Of a stretch of DNA of 64,000 bases, positions 35,966 through 48,102 are shown piece after piece; the stretch's first letter is position 1; each line of letters starts with the position of its first letter. Under the pieces are notes generated by a model that saw only the letters and a program-made list of their open reading frames with translations, was not told the DNA's origin and searched no databases. Position numbers and translations under genes: made by a program. The DNA is from Amoebophrya sp. A120 (Eukaryota; Protista; Dinoflagellata), in contig CAJINV010000003.1 in NCBI GenBank assembly GCA_905178155.1, positions 9,617,979-9,681,978 of the forward strand, written 5' to 3'.

Positions 35966-37219
35966 CTAATACATCCCGTTTCTCCTTAAAAAGGCCCCTC
36001 TTTCCATTTGTATGAGTTCGTATTTTTTACTCTTGCAACCGCTAATTCCGCGCTGCGGGAGATGCATGTAGTGTAAACAACAACAAGAACAAAGTGAAAA
36101 AATTGGAATGAAACTATTGACGCGTCGTACATCATCATGAGCGAAATAAACGTACTCATGTCCACGCGTAGCAGCTATTTGTTCACGCCGAAGAATGCGC
36201 TGTAGTTCCTCCGTACTCAATTTGCCAATGTCATGACTTATCATCGCGGAAGAATCGGGCACTTTCCCCGGTGCATGCACTCCGAGCTCTACATCCACGC
36301 GACTGTTGTAGCAATCCGCTGGCTGAAGCGGCTGCTGCTGGTAACGATACGCGTCTATGGGAAATGGCGGGTGTTGATAAGTCACGGCCTGACGATCTTC
36401 CTCGAGATAACCAGCAGCAGCATCGTACTGCGAGTACAACTGCGCCGGTAGTTTCGTACTGCCCCCCGGATAAAATGATAAATCGGCCGAAAGAGGAGTG
36501 CCGGCAGGATGAAGCTGCGTGGCGTAATAATTATACTGGACTCTATCGCGAAAGTGGTCCAATCCAAAACAACCTGAACCTACTTCCTCCGGTGTGTGTT
36601 GGGCCACGTCTAATGCTGGCGCTGCCTCGTAGTACGAGTTTAAGTTGACAAGCGGCGCGTCTAAAAAATTCGGCCCAATTCCGAATTGCATGTAACTATC
36701 ATTCAAGCCGGGATCTCCTCCTCCTCCTGTAGGACTATCGACGGTGTTCATCTCTCTTTCAGCTGCAGCTTGCGAATCCATCAAGAGAGGTGCTGGCGGG
36801 TCACTGCTGCGCTTCCCACCACAACTTGAGTCATGTTCTAGCACTGTCTCCATCAGTGACTTCGACGCAAAATTGGGCTCCCGTGGCGTCAGAGCTTTTT
36901 TGGTGCCACACTCTGGCCCAGCTGTTCCAAATGTGAAAGCCATCTCGGAGTCTTCGCTCTCGGCATCCTCCTCCCCACCATCCGACTTCTTCGAGCTGCG
37001 ACTGCCGATGCCCGTGCCCGAAGCATCGTTCCGAGGAGACTCGTAGTGTGATGGAACAGGGGGCAAGCGAGTACCTTTTCGCTTCCTACTCGGGGTCGAT
37101 GTTTGGCTGCTGCTATTTGCCGGGCCAAATGTAAAAGAATTGGAAGCATCCAGATGCAGCTCCACCCTGCTTGACGAAGATACCATGATCCAAAAGTGCG
37201 AGGATGTTGCACAACTCAC
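35966..37219 (-). CDS. Hypothetical low-complexity (S/G/P/Y/Q-rich) protein; probably one large exon of a spliced gene
   Basis: 417-codon open frame in normal-composition DNA, with probable splice sites near 36150, 36053 and 35936. No recognisable family. Confidence 0.55.
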   Translation of the reverse strand: MSCATSSHFWIMVSSSSRVELHLDASNSFTFGPANSSSQTSTPSRKRKGTRLPPVPSHYESPRNDASGTGIGSRSSKKSDGGEEDAESEDSEMAFTFGTAGPECGTKKALTPREPNFASKSLMETVLEHDSSCGGKRSSDPPAPLLMDSQAAAEREMNTVDSPTGGGGDPGLNDSYMQFGIGPNFLDAPLVNLNSYYEAAPALDVAQHTPEEVGSGCFGLDHFRDRVQYNYYATQLHPAGTPLSADLSFYPGGSTKLPAQLYSQYDAAAGYLEEDRQAVTYQHPPFPIDAYRYQQQPLQPADCYNSRVDVELGVHAPGKVPDSSAMISHDIGKLSTEELQRILRREQIAATRGHEYVYFAHDDVRRVNSFIPIFSLCSCCCLHYMHLPQRGISGCKSKKYELIQMERGAFLRRNGMY

Positions 37220-37989
37220 TCCGATAGGTCCGGGCCGGACGATGAAAACCCTGCTGAGTTATTTTGTGTAACTCGACATCTGCGGGTGCATGTGCGGCGG
37301 CATGTCGTTCTCCCCGTGCACCACACCGAACAGGCTGATGCGAGGACTAGACAAACCACCAGGACCAAGGGGCGCCAATGCGCCCCCACAATCCTCCGAC
37401 TTTGGATATTCAACGCATGGGAAACCGTAATGCAGTCGCACGCCTGCCATGGCAGTTGTCCAGCGCCAGGGCATGTTTCCACCCAGCTGTGCTTTTTATT
37501 AATTCGTCTTTGCTGCAATCAGTCCCGCTCACTAGGGCGGGCGAACCACTCAACCCGTTCCATGCCGAGCCGACCCCGAGTCCGGAAGTCCGCCTCGTCT
37601 TTTCCGACAAGCAAGGTGCGGACGACTCGTGGCGCACCATCGTGCCGCAGCATGTAGCGCCGCCGCTCCGCGGGCAATGGCCCCGGGCTGGCTCCTGAGC
37701 CAGGGAGGTCGGAGGGTAGGAGCAGGGCGGACAGGGAGCAGAAGGAGGTCGGAGGACAGGAAATGGACGGGAGAGAGGTGAAAGAGTTCGGATGATAGGC
37801 AGAGGACGACGAAAGACAGGGGTAGGAGGAGGAGGGGGCAAAAAAAGCACATTGAACGAGATGAAAAAATATGAGAGCGACGGAACGATTGAGTCGTTCC
37901 TTCACTCTCATAAAAAAAAGGCCCTCCGTCGATGAACCAAACGCCAGCCAGCCCTGTCCTCCGACCAGCGGACTTCCTCATCCGCTCCG

Positions 37990-38450
37990 TGGACCTCCTC
38001 CGTCCTCCCCACTTTCTCCTGCGACCAGCGGGCCTCCTCCGGAGTGGCGGACTTTCTCCATTGCTCTAGCCCTCTTCCTCCGGCACGGGAGCCTCGTTAC
38101 CCGGCCTCGGGACTTCTTCCTCCGGCCCGTAGGCCTCCGTCGCCGAAGTCCGGAGTTCCACCTCCTGCGCCCCACCTTCGGCGCGGACCTCTCCTTGCGG
38201 GCCGCACTTCCTTTTCTGCTCCGTACCTCATTTCCTCCGCTGCCCTGGGCCTCCCCCACCGGCTCGAGGGCCTCGTCGCATGGCCTTGGGACTTACTCCT
38301 CCGGCATGCGGGCTTCCCCCGAAGCTCCCCCTCTGTCCGGCCCGCGAACAACTTCCTTCGGAGCCGGGACCTCCTCCTCCTCCGACGCCGGAGGAAAAAT
38401 GCGGTCCGTGGGCCTCGTCATCCGCTACCCGGACTTCCACCTCCGACCCG
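37990..38450 (-). repeat. Degenerate purine-rich ~40-bp repeats (CCGGAGGAAGAAGTCCCGAGGCC-like; PEEEVP peptide relic)
   Basis: Several diverged copies with strong strand asymmetry and broken reading frames. Confidence 0.4.
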
Positions 38451-39172
38451 CGGGCGTCCAAAGCGTTCGCTCACTGCGTACGCACCGTGACGAGTGGTCG
38501 TGTCTGCACCCGCGCGCAACAGACAAAATTGGGTGCGAGGCACACACAATCCAGGCGGCCAAGGCGAAACTAGCTCCTGCTTTTCTATTTTACTATTTTT
38601 TTGTGCGCTCTTGAGGTGGTAGGCTTGGTGATGCAAGTATGTGATCGGTCGTCTGTTGTCTTTGCTAGTACCACACAGCTGCCGGGAGCTTCAAACGCCG
38701 GCAGCTAGCAGCTGAAACACGCCATGACGGCCGCGGCTTGCTTGGAAGATGCCCAGTGCGCATCTGTGCACCAAGCTCAGGGGGCGGCTGCAATTTTTCG
38801 CTTTTTCGGAGGGGGCTTACATTCATCTTCATGGTGGGAAATTATTTGAGTACATGGGTATCTGCCTTGAAAAGGACGCGGCACTGCATCTGCACCAAAT
38901 TTACTTACTCATGTCGCGTAGCATAAGCCTGTGCACGTGTCGGGAGCGTGATTGACATCCATCTGTCTGCTCTGGGTACGTAGGGTGTTAGCTTAGCAGT
39001 ACACGTACTCAAAAATGACAGGCAAAGTCGCACACGCAACGTACAAAACTTGATAGATATCCTGGGATGTTAATTTGAATTTACCGCCATCAAGAGGCCT
39101 GAACGAAGTGAAGTTTGCTTTTACAGGGACAGCGCGTTGAGTAGTAGTAGTACTAGTGTGTGTATGTGTGTG

Positions 39173-42100
39173 TCATTGTATAATCACAAAACTTTTGAAA
39201 GTCAGCGTGTCAGTTTTCTTTATAGTCGAGCTTCCATTTTCCCAGCCTGCCCAAAGCACTCGCCTTGAGCTCGCCAGCAGACACGCTTGTCGCTCCGAGC
39301 GGCTTGGCATGGTCCGACCCTGAGCTGTATCGTGTAGAAAAGATCCCGCTCTCCAAATGAAGCGTCGCGCTTCCCTTACTCTTGGATGCCTGCTCTCATC
39401 GCCTGACGTTTTCTCCACAGCGATCAGATGCATAAGAGACCTTGGCTGATGCATGGTCGCCATTGTCAAAGTTCCTGTGCTCCGAGAGTAGTAAAAATCT
39501 GCACAAAGAGGTTGGCTGTGATCATTCATGCAATACCAGCGCCCATGAAAGCGAAGCCTCACGGTCATCGCCTTCAGGCCGAACGAGTGCTTCAATACAA
39601 TGGGGTCCAACTTGTGCGGGAAATCTTTTCCGTGTTGTACGCCTTTCTGTAAGCCGTGCCCTTTCCCGCCAAGCGCCACGAGACGGTCCATCAGTTGAAA
39701 GTGGTCATTATTTTCTGCATGGGCTACAGCAGTATACCTTTTTCGGGGTTGGAAGGTAGCGATGCCAAAGAGGATCGCGCAGCACTTCATTATTTTGACA
39801 TGAACCACAGACGCTCTCCATCATCATCATCATGATCACCATCGTCCTAACAGAGGAACCGGCAGACACATCCGCACTCCAGCCACAATTTAGATGACGG
39901 CAAGCCAAAAAGAAGTGGCCCGGCCGGTCAGAGCAGCAAGGCCGCCCTGGACAGTGCGCGAGGCAGCCGATGTGTGCGACCACCTAGGGCGAAGGGCTGC
40001 GCCGTTATTCCGGTTCTCCCTTGGTTAGTTTGCTTCTCGATAACAAGTATCGGCGGCGCTAAAAATTAGGCAAAACAATAGCATCAGTGGGCCGTGCGCC
40101 CATTTTGTTACGTGGCTGGCTTCTGCGGCATCTCAGACCAGTATGCGCGTGGGAATCTGGCGGCGCCAGCCGAGAGCCCCCGGCAGGGCGCGCCATGAGC
40201 GGGCAGCTGCCAAAGCAGGGCGCTCCCTTCTTGTCATGTATTTCGTGCAAGCCTTTGCGCGCACGTGTGAGCAAGGTCCTGGAGGTTTTCCCGGAGTGAG
40301 AATTCACTGAGGTTTCAAGGAGCGAAGTTTTCGCACTCCAGGAAAATTCGTGATCCCAAAGTGATACTTTTATCGTTCAAAAAGTGATATACTCACTGAA
40401 TTATCAAGAAATAAAATTTGCTGAATTATCACTCGACTTCTCGTTCGCGAACGAGGCCTCGTTCCGGAACGAGAAACCAGGAATCGAGTGAGAACTTCCT
40501 GAATTCTCACTTTTTGAAAAATCTCACATCCGGAGCGAGATTTTGCCTGGAGTGAGAACTCACTGAATTCTCACTCCAATTCTCGTTCCGGAAGCCGAGT
40601 TCTCACTTTTTGAAAAGTCCGGGAGCGAGAATTCAGTGAATTTTCATTCCATTTCTCGTTAAATCTAAATCCCGGCGGAGCGCAAATTCAGTGAATTCTC
40701 AGTCCATTTCTCGTTCCGGAACGAACGAAAACCCGAGCGAGAATTCGCTGAGTTGTTCACACTTTTTGAAAAGATCCGGGGTCTGCGCGCCTCGTTCCCG
40801 AACGAGGAGCGTTTCCGCTGTCGTTTTCTTGTACAGTCAAGTCATGATGTATGGCTCTTTTCTTCGTGTTTTCGTACTGAAGATGGAAAGAGACCTATCC
40901 TCAGCCATCCAGTGCTGGAAGAATTGAATACGATCGAAAGTTGTAAATCAATTTATTCTTATATACTCCTTCGCATCTCGAGCGTTCAAATCGGCGGCGA
41001 GCTCCAAGAGCAGCATGCAGACCTCGGAATGCCCACCGATAGCGGCAAAGTGCAAGGGTGTTCTTCGCAGTCGATCGAGGAGATTTACATGCTATCACAG
41101 GAGAAACGAAATCTCATCAGTGGCATAGAGATTCGGCTGTGTGTAAGCAACGCAGTCGCTTCTTTGCATGAGAGAAATGAGTAAGCAGCTTTCTATTTCT
41201 TTTGCTTTTGCAGCGGGAGAGGCAGCAAACAGCCTCGAAGCTCTGCCCCATATCATACATTGGCGCGCTGTCTTGGAAGAATCCATCACGCCAAACCACT
41301 GCACAGCAGCAAGCTGCCGCGTTCTTCCCTCCTGCACTGTGCAAACGGGGCACAAGTTTGCTCAACACAAAAGTGGCGACGTCGAGTACTCGTTTCTCGT
41401 TTTATGCGTGTCAAAGTTTGAGTCGAGTCCGTGTGCGTCCGCAAGTGCACTGCACTAAATACAGAAAATGGTGAAAGAACGCAACCGAAAGACGACGCAT
41501 GTCGGACGGAATCGCTCTGGCGAGGGTTAAGCACGCTGATCATGCGCAACGCAGCGGGGCGCGGACCTCAATGCTCAATCTCAAATTCTGCAGCGCATAA
41601 AAACGGATACATCTGCTCCCCATTCCACTAGTCGGCACACAGCATCGACGTCATTGTTTGCAGTGGCGACCTAACAGATTCAGTGTGCCAAGTAACTCAG
41701 CGGCAGCCACGAGCGGTAGAGCCGCCATAGCAGATGGCCAATAGTAGCTGCATAGGGGAGGGGAGTATCTATTAGCTCACGGAGGTTCTTGTCTTGGAAA
41801 GGCCATTCGCAGGCATTCGAGGCAAAAAACAAAAATGGCCGCGATTCTTATACCCAACACGCCCTCGCGCCCCATTTTACTCTCTCACTCACGACGGGGC
41901 GGCGGCCGATGGGGGCCACGCCCAAAAGTTGCGGGCTCGCAGAATAAATGATCCACGGCCACAAACCATAGATCTGCCCGGGGCCCCACCCGAGGCGGGT
42001 CCCGCGCCGGGTCTATGTCGTCCGGATTACATCCCAGGCCTCGGCACGCTTCGCCTTTTTTGTTTCCGAGCTTTTGGGCGCCGCTTTTTCGGCCTCCCTT

Positions 42101-44025
42101 GGAACGTGGCCAAAGACGGCGCGGGCAGACCCCACCGTGCGAACCGCCTGACCTTTCCGTGCTGCCATCCTTTTGGCGCCTCCCCCCTGCGTACGTAGTT
42201 TTTCGCAGTCGGCGAGCCCCGGTTCTAGGTCCGCCAGGGCCAAAACCAAAGCGCACGGCGGGCTTTGGTGTTCAGAAGCCCGCGCAGCGTCAAACCGGCA
42301 GGACAGGCAGTTGAAGTTCGTGGCCTCACTACAAGCGGGGCAGGGCGGTAACGCGAGCGAGCAGGCAAATACAAAAGGAAAAGCCAGCGCGCCAAGTTCC
42401 GCTGCGCACCCGAGCAAACTCGGAAAGCAAAGCCGCTTACCCGAAACGCCGGCCACAAGCCGCGGCGCCTCAGCATCGCGCCTGCTGCTGAAGTGGGTGG
42501 CGGCGACATACACCGCGGTGGCGGGGGGAGTGCCCCACAACAAGACGAAGCCGGGCCACACTGGCCCTGGTGGGCCCGATACAAGGCGGTGGCGCTAGCG
42601 CGTCGCGCGATGACGCTTCGGACGACGCGACGAGGCGCCGCGCTAGGGTCTGAACGCTGCCCCCGTCGAAAACGCGCTGGCAGTGGGCCCATGTATGTAA
42701 TGAGTGCACTTCTCGACGCCCCGATTTATCCGCAATCCCCTTCTCCAGCCACTGGCCCGAGCCGTCCACTGGATTGGAATCCTGTCCGCCACGGGGTTCG
42801 TACCAAAAGGGGGCCCGCTCGCTTACACATAGCAGCCGCGCCAGCGGAAGTAGTGAGGTCGCGGCCGTCCCTCTACCAAAGCGCACGCAGTATCAATCTC
42901 GGCTGCCGGGCCGCAAGGGGGCCCTCCTTGCTGCGCGTCGCGCCCGGACGCCCAATGTTGTGCCGCATGGCCTGGCGCACAACATAGGCAGATCACGGCT
43001 ACAACTTTGCCGCCTCCCAACCTCAAACTCATCCCCCGCCCGTCCACTCAACAGGGCCGGGTCTGTGGGCATCCAAAATCGGCCCCGTAGCCCTCGCGCT
43101 GGCTTCAGTTTCTGGCGGGTGTTGCGCTTTTTGGTCTTTCCAGTCAAAACGCCGCAACCTTTGCGCCGTCCGCCGGCTGGAAAGTTGCCCGCCTGCGCTG
43201 GCGCTTATGCGGCCTTCTAGAGTATGTAGGCAACCAGAAATGGCGGCCGCACCATTAGGGCTCGCGGTTTTTTTTGTTAGCAATTTTTTAGCGCCCCTTT
43301 TTCGGCGCCCAAAACCGGCGGAATACGAGGCGGGGGTTGCCTCGAAAGAGCGCAACTTTTGTTGGCCCCCCTGCGCCGATTTATCTATCAAGCAGCAACC
43401 GACAAAAATTCGCCGGGCCCCCTTGCTATCAAAGCGTCGCCTGTTTGAAAGCAGAAGACTTCGCATGTGCGAAAACACTTCTGCCGCCCGCTTGAAAACT
43501 GCCAGCCGTTTCGCTGTCTAAGTGTCAAAAAGACCACCAGGTTAGAACGCTCGCGACCTTACTACATACGAAAGGACAGCACGTAGGCCAGCAATGTTGC
43601 TGGCAAACCAATCAAGGCAAATGCTCCGAAAAAACGCCGCCGGCGCCGTCTCTTTTCTTGCCCCCGCTACATAAAACGGCGAAGAAAGACGCGAAAGCGA
43701 AGCAGTAAGTACGTGCATTGCCGTGCAGCCGTTGTGGTCCGCAGAGTTCACACTCACGCCGTACAGATGCAGAAACTCCATAATGTCGTACCTTTGAAGT
43801 TTCAAATATAGTAGAGCGCTTGCAAAAAAGCGCACCGTCTCTGCCTTAAGACATGAAGTTCGCGGCAGTATTCATAAATATATGATCAAATTCAAAAACA
43901 AAAACAAGTCTGCAACCCAAAGCAGGCTTTTGGTTCGTCGCCTTACCTTTTGTTTTTCGTTGCAATTGTGAAAGGTATGTCCCCAGAGAGTGACTTTTGG
44001 TTTAGGTTGGCGCCCGTGCTATGCA
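39173..44025 (-). CDS. Ankyrin-repeat protein (5' end unresolved); exons 44025-43947, 43791-43713, 41670-41611, 41091-40967, 39737-39173 (last exon end uncertain)
   Basis: Spliced product HSTGANLNQKSLSGDIPFTIATKNKRYDIMEFLHLYGVSVNSADHNGCTAMHVATANNDVDAVCRLVEWGAD(H)VNLLDRLRRTPLHFAAIGGHSEVCMLLLELAADLNARDAKEYTAVAHAENNDHFQLMDRLVALGG, i.e. four consecutive ankyrin repeats. GT-AG junctions are phase-compatible. Confidence 0.88.
40293..40807. repeat. Intronic palindrome-rich element built from GAGTGAGAATTCACTGAATTCTCACTC and CTCGTTCCGGAACGAG modules
   Basis: Multiple direct and inverted copies of both modules, plus repeated CACTTTTTGAAAA. Confidence 0.85.
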
Positions 44026-45249
44026 CTGTAAAGCGCCATGCCCCCCAAAAATTCTGAACCTTAGGCGAGCGCCGCGGAGAGGCGGAAGCGCGCACTTGCA
44101 TATACTTTGCACATGGTCGCGCGCACTGTTTCGCAAGCTCCGACCGAGGCATGTGAAAAATGTTTTACCTTTGCCTTTCAAAAACTTAAAGGCCGACATG
44201 TTTGCGCTTCCGCTATTGCTGCCTTTGCCTGCAAGCTCTCAACGATCTGAACGCCTCACCAAGTTGGTAGCGAACACATACACAGTGCCGGCGGGCACCG
44301 GGGCCACCCACAAAACCCGCAATCGCCCCGCGTACGTTTGCGGGGCGGTGGCGCCCAGGGTCGGCCTTCGTTCTCCTCGGTCCGCTAGGCGCTAGCGCAA
44401 CACGCTGAATTGGCAGGGCGGGAACGCGAACAAAATGGGGGGGGGGGTTCGCTGCAGACAGGGGCGCCCCGAACCGCGCGGGCAAAAGTAAGAGGGCCGG
44501 GGAGGCGGGGCCTGCCCCGCCCGGGCGACGGAAGGGCGCAGCGGCCCCGCCCCTTGTTTTTTTCCCCGCGAAGCCTCGCGCGGCGGGCGGGCGAGGTCTC
44601 CCCACCCAAGGGGCGGCAGAAGGCTTGCTGCCGGCGCCCCACCCTGCTGCGGCGCAGCTGCTCGCGCAAAGAATGCGAGGCCGGGCCGGCCTTCGCCGGC
44701 AGAATCGGCCTGCCTGTTGCGCGAGGGGCAGCTTGGCGCTCTGCGCGAAGGGCGGAGAGAATACCCAACAGGGCGCGCTCGCTGGCGATCCCGGAGGTCA
44801 GGGGAGGTCGCTCGCCAAATCCCTCCTACATGATGCAGGGGCGCCTCGCGCAGCATCGGGACGCGGGCGGGAGAGGTTGGCAATTTCCCTTTGCGGGTCT
44901 TCGGATTTTTTCGCCCGAGCACGGGGTGGGGGCGGAGAGGCCTCATCGCCGGGAGGGCAGACGGTCGGGTGGCGCAATCGGGGGCGCGCTCTTTTTCTTT
45001 GGCCGCCGCAAAGCCTCGCGCGGAGGGCGGGCGCCGCGGGGGGCGGCCGGCCGAAGGCGGCAGCGGCCCCCAAATAAGCGCAATCGCAGTCGGGGGAGGG
45101 CGCCACCGGGCGGGAGCTTCCACACCCAGCCCGCTCCCACTCTTCCGCTGACATTAGCCGTCGCCGTTTTTTGCGGGGTTTTCGCATTTTTTCGCCGCGC
45201 GACCGGGCCGGCCCGGATCCTCGAACGGTTTGGGGGGCGGAAGCGGGAC

Positions 45250-46060
45250 CCACACGGAGCGTCCTACTCCCGCGGCCGAGCAGATCATGGGCTACCTAGC
45301 AGCAATGCTTTCGATCGACTTCTAACGCGGCCGAGCGCAAATCGTCTCCCCGCGCTGCCTGCAGGCCATTCATCGGTCGTTTTTGCGCAAGTTGCTGCCT
45401 TGCTGACGGGCGACTTCCTCGCCGCTTCCTTGTGCGGCATTTCGGAGATTCCCGTCGCCGCGCGGCTCCTTTAACTGGGACCGGAGGCCGCCACATGCGC
45501 GCTCCGTTTGCAAAACAATATCGCAGAATGCGCACTCCGGTTTCGTGAGCCACTGCGCGCTTGCATTTTGCTGCCAAACTACCGATCTACCCTACACGGA
45601 TGCGCCTCCGCATTCATACCCGGGGGCACGCGCTCGCCGACGCCCTGGCGCCGCTAAGAGTAGTAGAACTTTCCGGAGAGCATGTGGCACCAGACTCGCG
45701 ATGAAATGTTGCCGCGGATATCTTCTGTAGCACAACTTGGCAAGTGCTAGGTTCCCGGTATGGCACGAGTGCTCCAGCAGGGTCCTTTATCATGCGCAAA
45801 AGCTGCGCGCCCAGATGCAGACTGATAGTCACAAAGGCCCGGCCGTAAATGACAGAAGTACGTATCTCGTGTGGCCCTAATTTCGTCGCCCCGCATTTCG
45901 GTGCTTCAGACATTAGCACAACGACGGACACAAACCGCAGGCGGCCCGATTCGATTCGCGAACCCAGACTGCCCCGGCTCGGGGCTCATGATTTTAGGCC
46001 TCATCGGTTGAGGCCCGGTCCGTTTCAAACGATGCATGGCCATTGCCACCAAGTTAAGCT
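45250..46060 (-). pseudogene. Degenerate copia-type reverse transcriptase relic
   Basis: Fragments in the expected order: KISAATF (~DISAAF), QQNASAQWLTK (~KQASRQW), *VAHDLL (~YVDDLL). Confidence 0.38.
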
Positions 46061-48044
46061 CCTGGGCCCGTCCGCCCGGGCAAGCATCACATGGCGAGGA
46101 ATTGCCACGTGCCCACGAGGCGGCTACGCCCTTCAAGCAGAGGCTACGGGGCGCGCAGCCGTTGTTTGCCACTGCTGTGCGCTCGCCTCTTACGCGGCGC
46201 CCTTTACCAATCTCACCACTTCAAGGCAGCCGCCCTTCTCCCACAGCATAGTGGTACAGCGGGGGCCCTGCAATGCCCCAACCTGCGCGCGCGCGCCATC
46301 TAGCGGCGGCCCGGCTTGCTGCCTTTTTGCCGCGGCAAGCGCCGCTCCTCCTGCGGCCCGGCGCGTCGCGCTGGGTGCGCGCCCTTTCTCCAAACCAGAC
46401 ACGACAAGGCAACAAGGGCGGGCCGGCTTTGGTAGTCGGCTAGCCCTGAAGCGCCTGGCTTGGCAGAACTCCGCAGGCCCAAGCAGCTGGCTTGGGCGGC
46501 GAGGGCAGCCAGACAGGCCGTCCTCTGGTAGAGGGGGCCCGATTTTGGGCGCGCGCTTTTCGGGAGATTCGCTTCGGCCGGGGAATACGGTAGCCCCGCC
46601 GAAGCCTCCGGCTCCAAATTGGCCCGCCCTAGCAAATTCTCCAACAACACGAGCCCGCCTCCCGAAGAGGACGCCGCAGGGGTCCTGCGGGGGCGGGCTT
46701 TAAAAAGCAATCGAGGGTCCTCGGCCGTTCGTCCACCCGACCTGCTCTGCTTGCCCCGAACGCACCCCCCCGCCGAGGCGGCCGAGAATCCTCCCCGCCG
46801 GGGTGGTCCCCGGGGAACCGCAGGAAGAACGCCGTGGAACATGGGGGCATTACCCCTCGGGGCCCCGGGACAGGGCACAAAGGGGGCCAACCCGCCGGGA
46901 AACATGGCCCCATGATAGAGGAAACGGGAATCCGCGAAAGGGCGGAGGGCCGCGAGGGCAGGCAGGGTAGTGTCCGTCGGGTGAACGGGCACCCCCCCCC
47001 GGCGGTGGGCCCCGGCAAGGGGGGGCCGAAGCCTGCGCGGGGCGAAGAGGCCCCCGGGAAACGAGCTGGCCCCGAGGACAGGGAGGATTTCTGCTGGGCG
47101 CTGCAGCCTCCGGGGAAAGAAGGCGCCCGCGGGCGCGCGGCGGCCCGCAAAAGGCCCCCGAGACACCGCGACGGCTGCCCCACCATATTTGTCCTCCGCG
47201 GGCGCGCTGCGCGCGTGCTTGCGCCTGCCTTCCCGTGATATGTATAGTCCCCGACCCGCCCGGCGTTCCCGGGCTGGCACAATAGTGCTTGGCGCCTTGG
47301 GCCGCCGGCCGTTCACGCCTCGTTTTTTTTTTGTTGCCCGGCCTGTCGGGCCGGTTGCGCCGCTGCGCGGCCTCGCGTATTCGTGGCAGGGCCCGGGCGC
47401 GCGACCCGCTTCGCTGCTAGAAATCCGGCCCGGGGCAAAGCTCAGACGCGATCGAAACACAGGCGGGGCGGCAGGCGGGCGGCGACGAAGGCAAAGCCCC
47501 CGTGCTCGCGTGCCGTGCCCGGCTGCCCTTCGGCACGATCGGGCGCCCGCCCGTTTAGAATTAGGCGCTTAGGCTTCGGCGCCGCGTTTGCAGCAGCACC
47601 GAGGCTACGGGGCGTGCCGCGTAGCTAGCCCCTTCCGATGCCGCGCGGGCGCGGCGCGCTGACTTCGGGGGCGAGCGCAGCGCGACGCTGCTGGACGGCC
47701 TCCTTGGCTGGCGGCCGGGCGGGGCCCCAAACAAACACTAGGCCTCGGGCACCCCGCGCGCCCAAGCGCTGCTGGCGGGGCAGATTCGCGCAGGTCATGC
47801 CCGCCTCCCCTGTGGCGTGTATCAACAATATCACTGCGGGTGGCCCTTGGCAACTCCCGGGAAACACAAAAAAAGGCCGCATGCCCCATATTTATTGGGG
47901 CCACAGCTTCGGCAGCGCGCGCTGCTTTGGCCGGCCAAAGAAACAGTCGAAAGGCGCGGCCGCCCCCGTCCGGCTCTTCCCAAAACACCAGAAAAGGGCC
48001 GCCCCGGGGAGTTGGGGCCGGCCCCGGGTGCGCGGGCGGGGCGC

Positions 48045-48102
48045 GCTTCCGAAGCTGCGCGCCCGGCTGGTGTGCTTCCGAAGCTGCGCGCCCGGCTGGT
48101 GT
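48045..48102. repeat. Perfect 29-bp tandem duplication GCTTCCGAAGCTGCGCGCCCGGCTGGTGT x2
   Basis: Read directly from the sequence. Confidence 0.93.

Noticed and set aside
35990-36240. SAP-like motif (KLSTEELQRILR...RGISGCKSKKYELI) in the 417-aa ORF
   Set aside because: The two halves are separated by a probable intron whose most obvious GT-AG splice changes the frame, so the domain cannot be supported.
40293-40807. Possible CRISPR-like palindromic repeat array
   Set aside because: The modules are irregularly spaced, occur in both orientations and lack unique spacers or cas genes.
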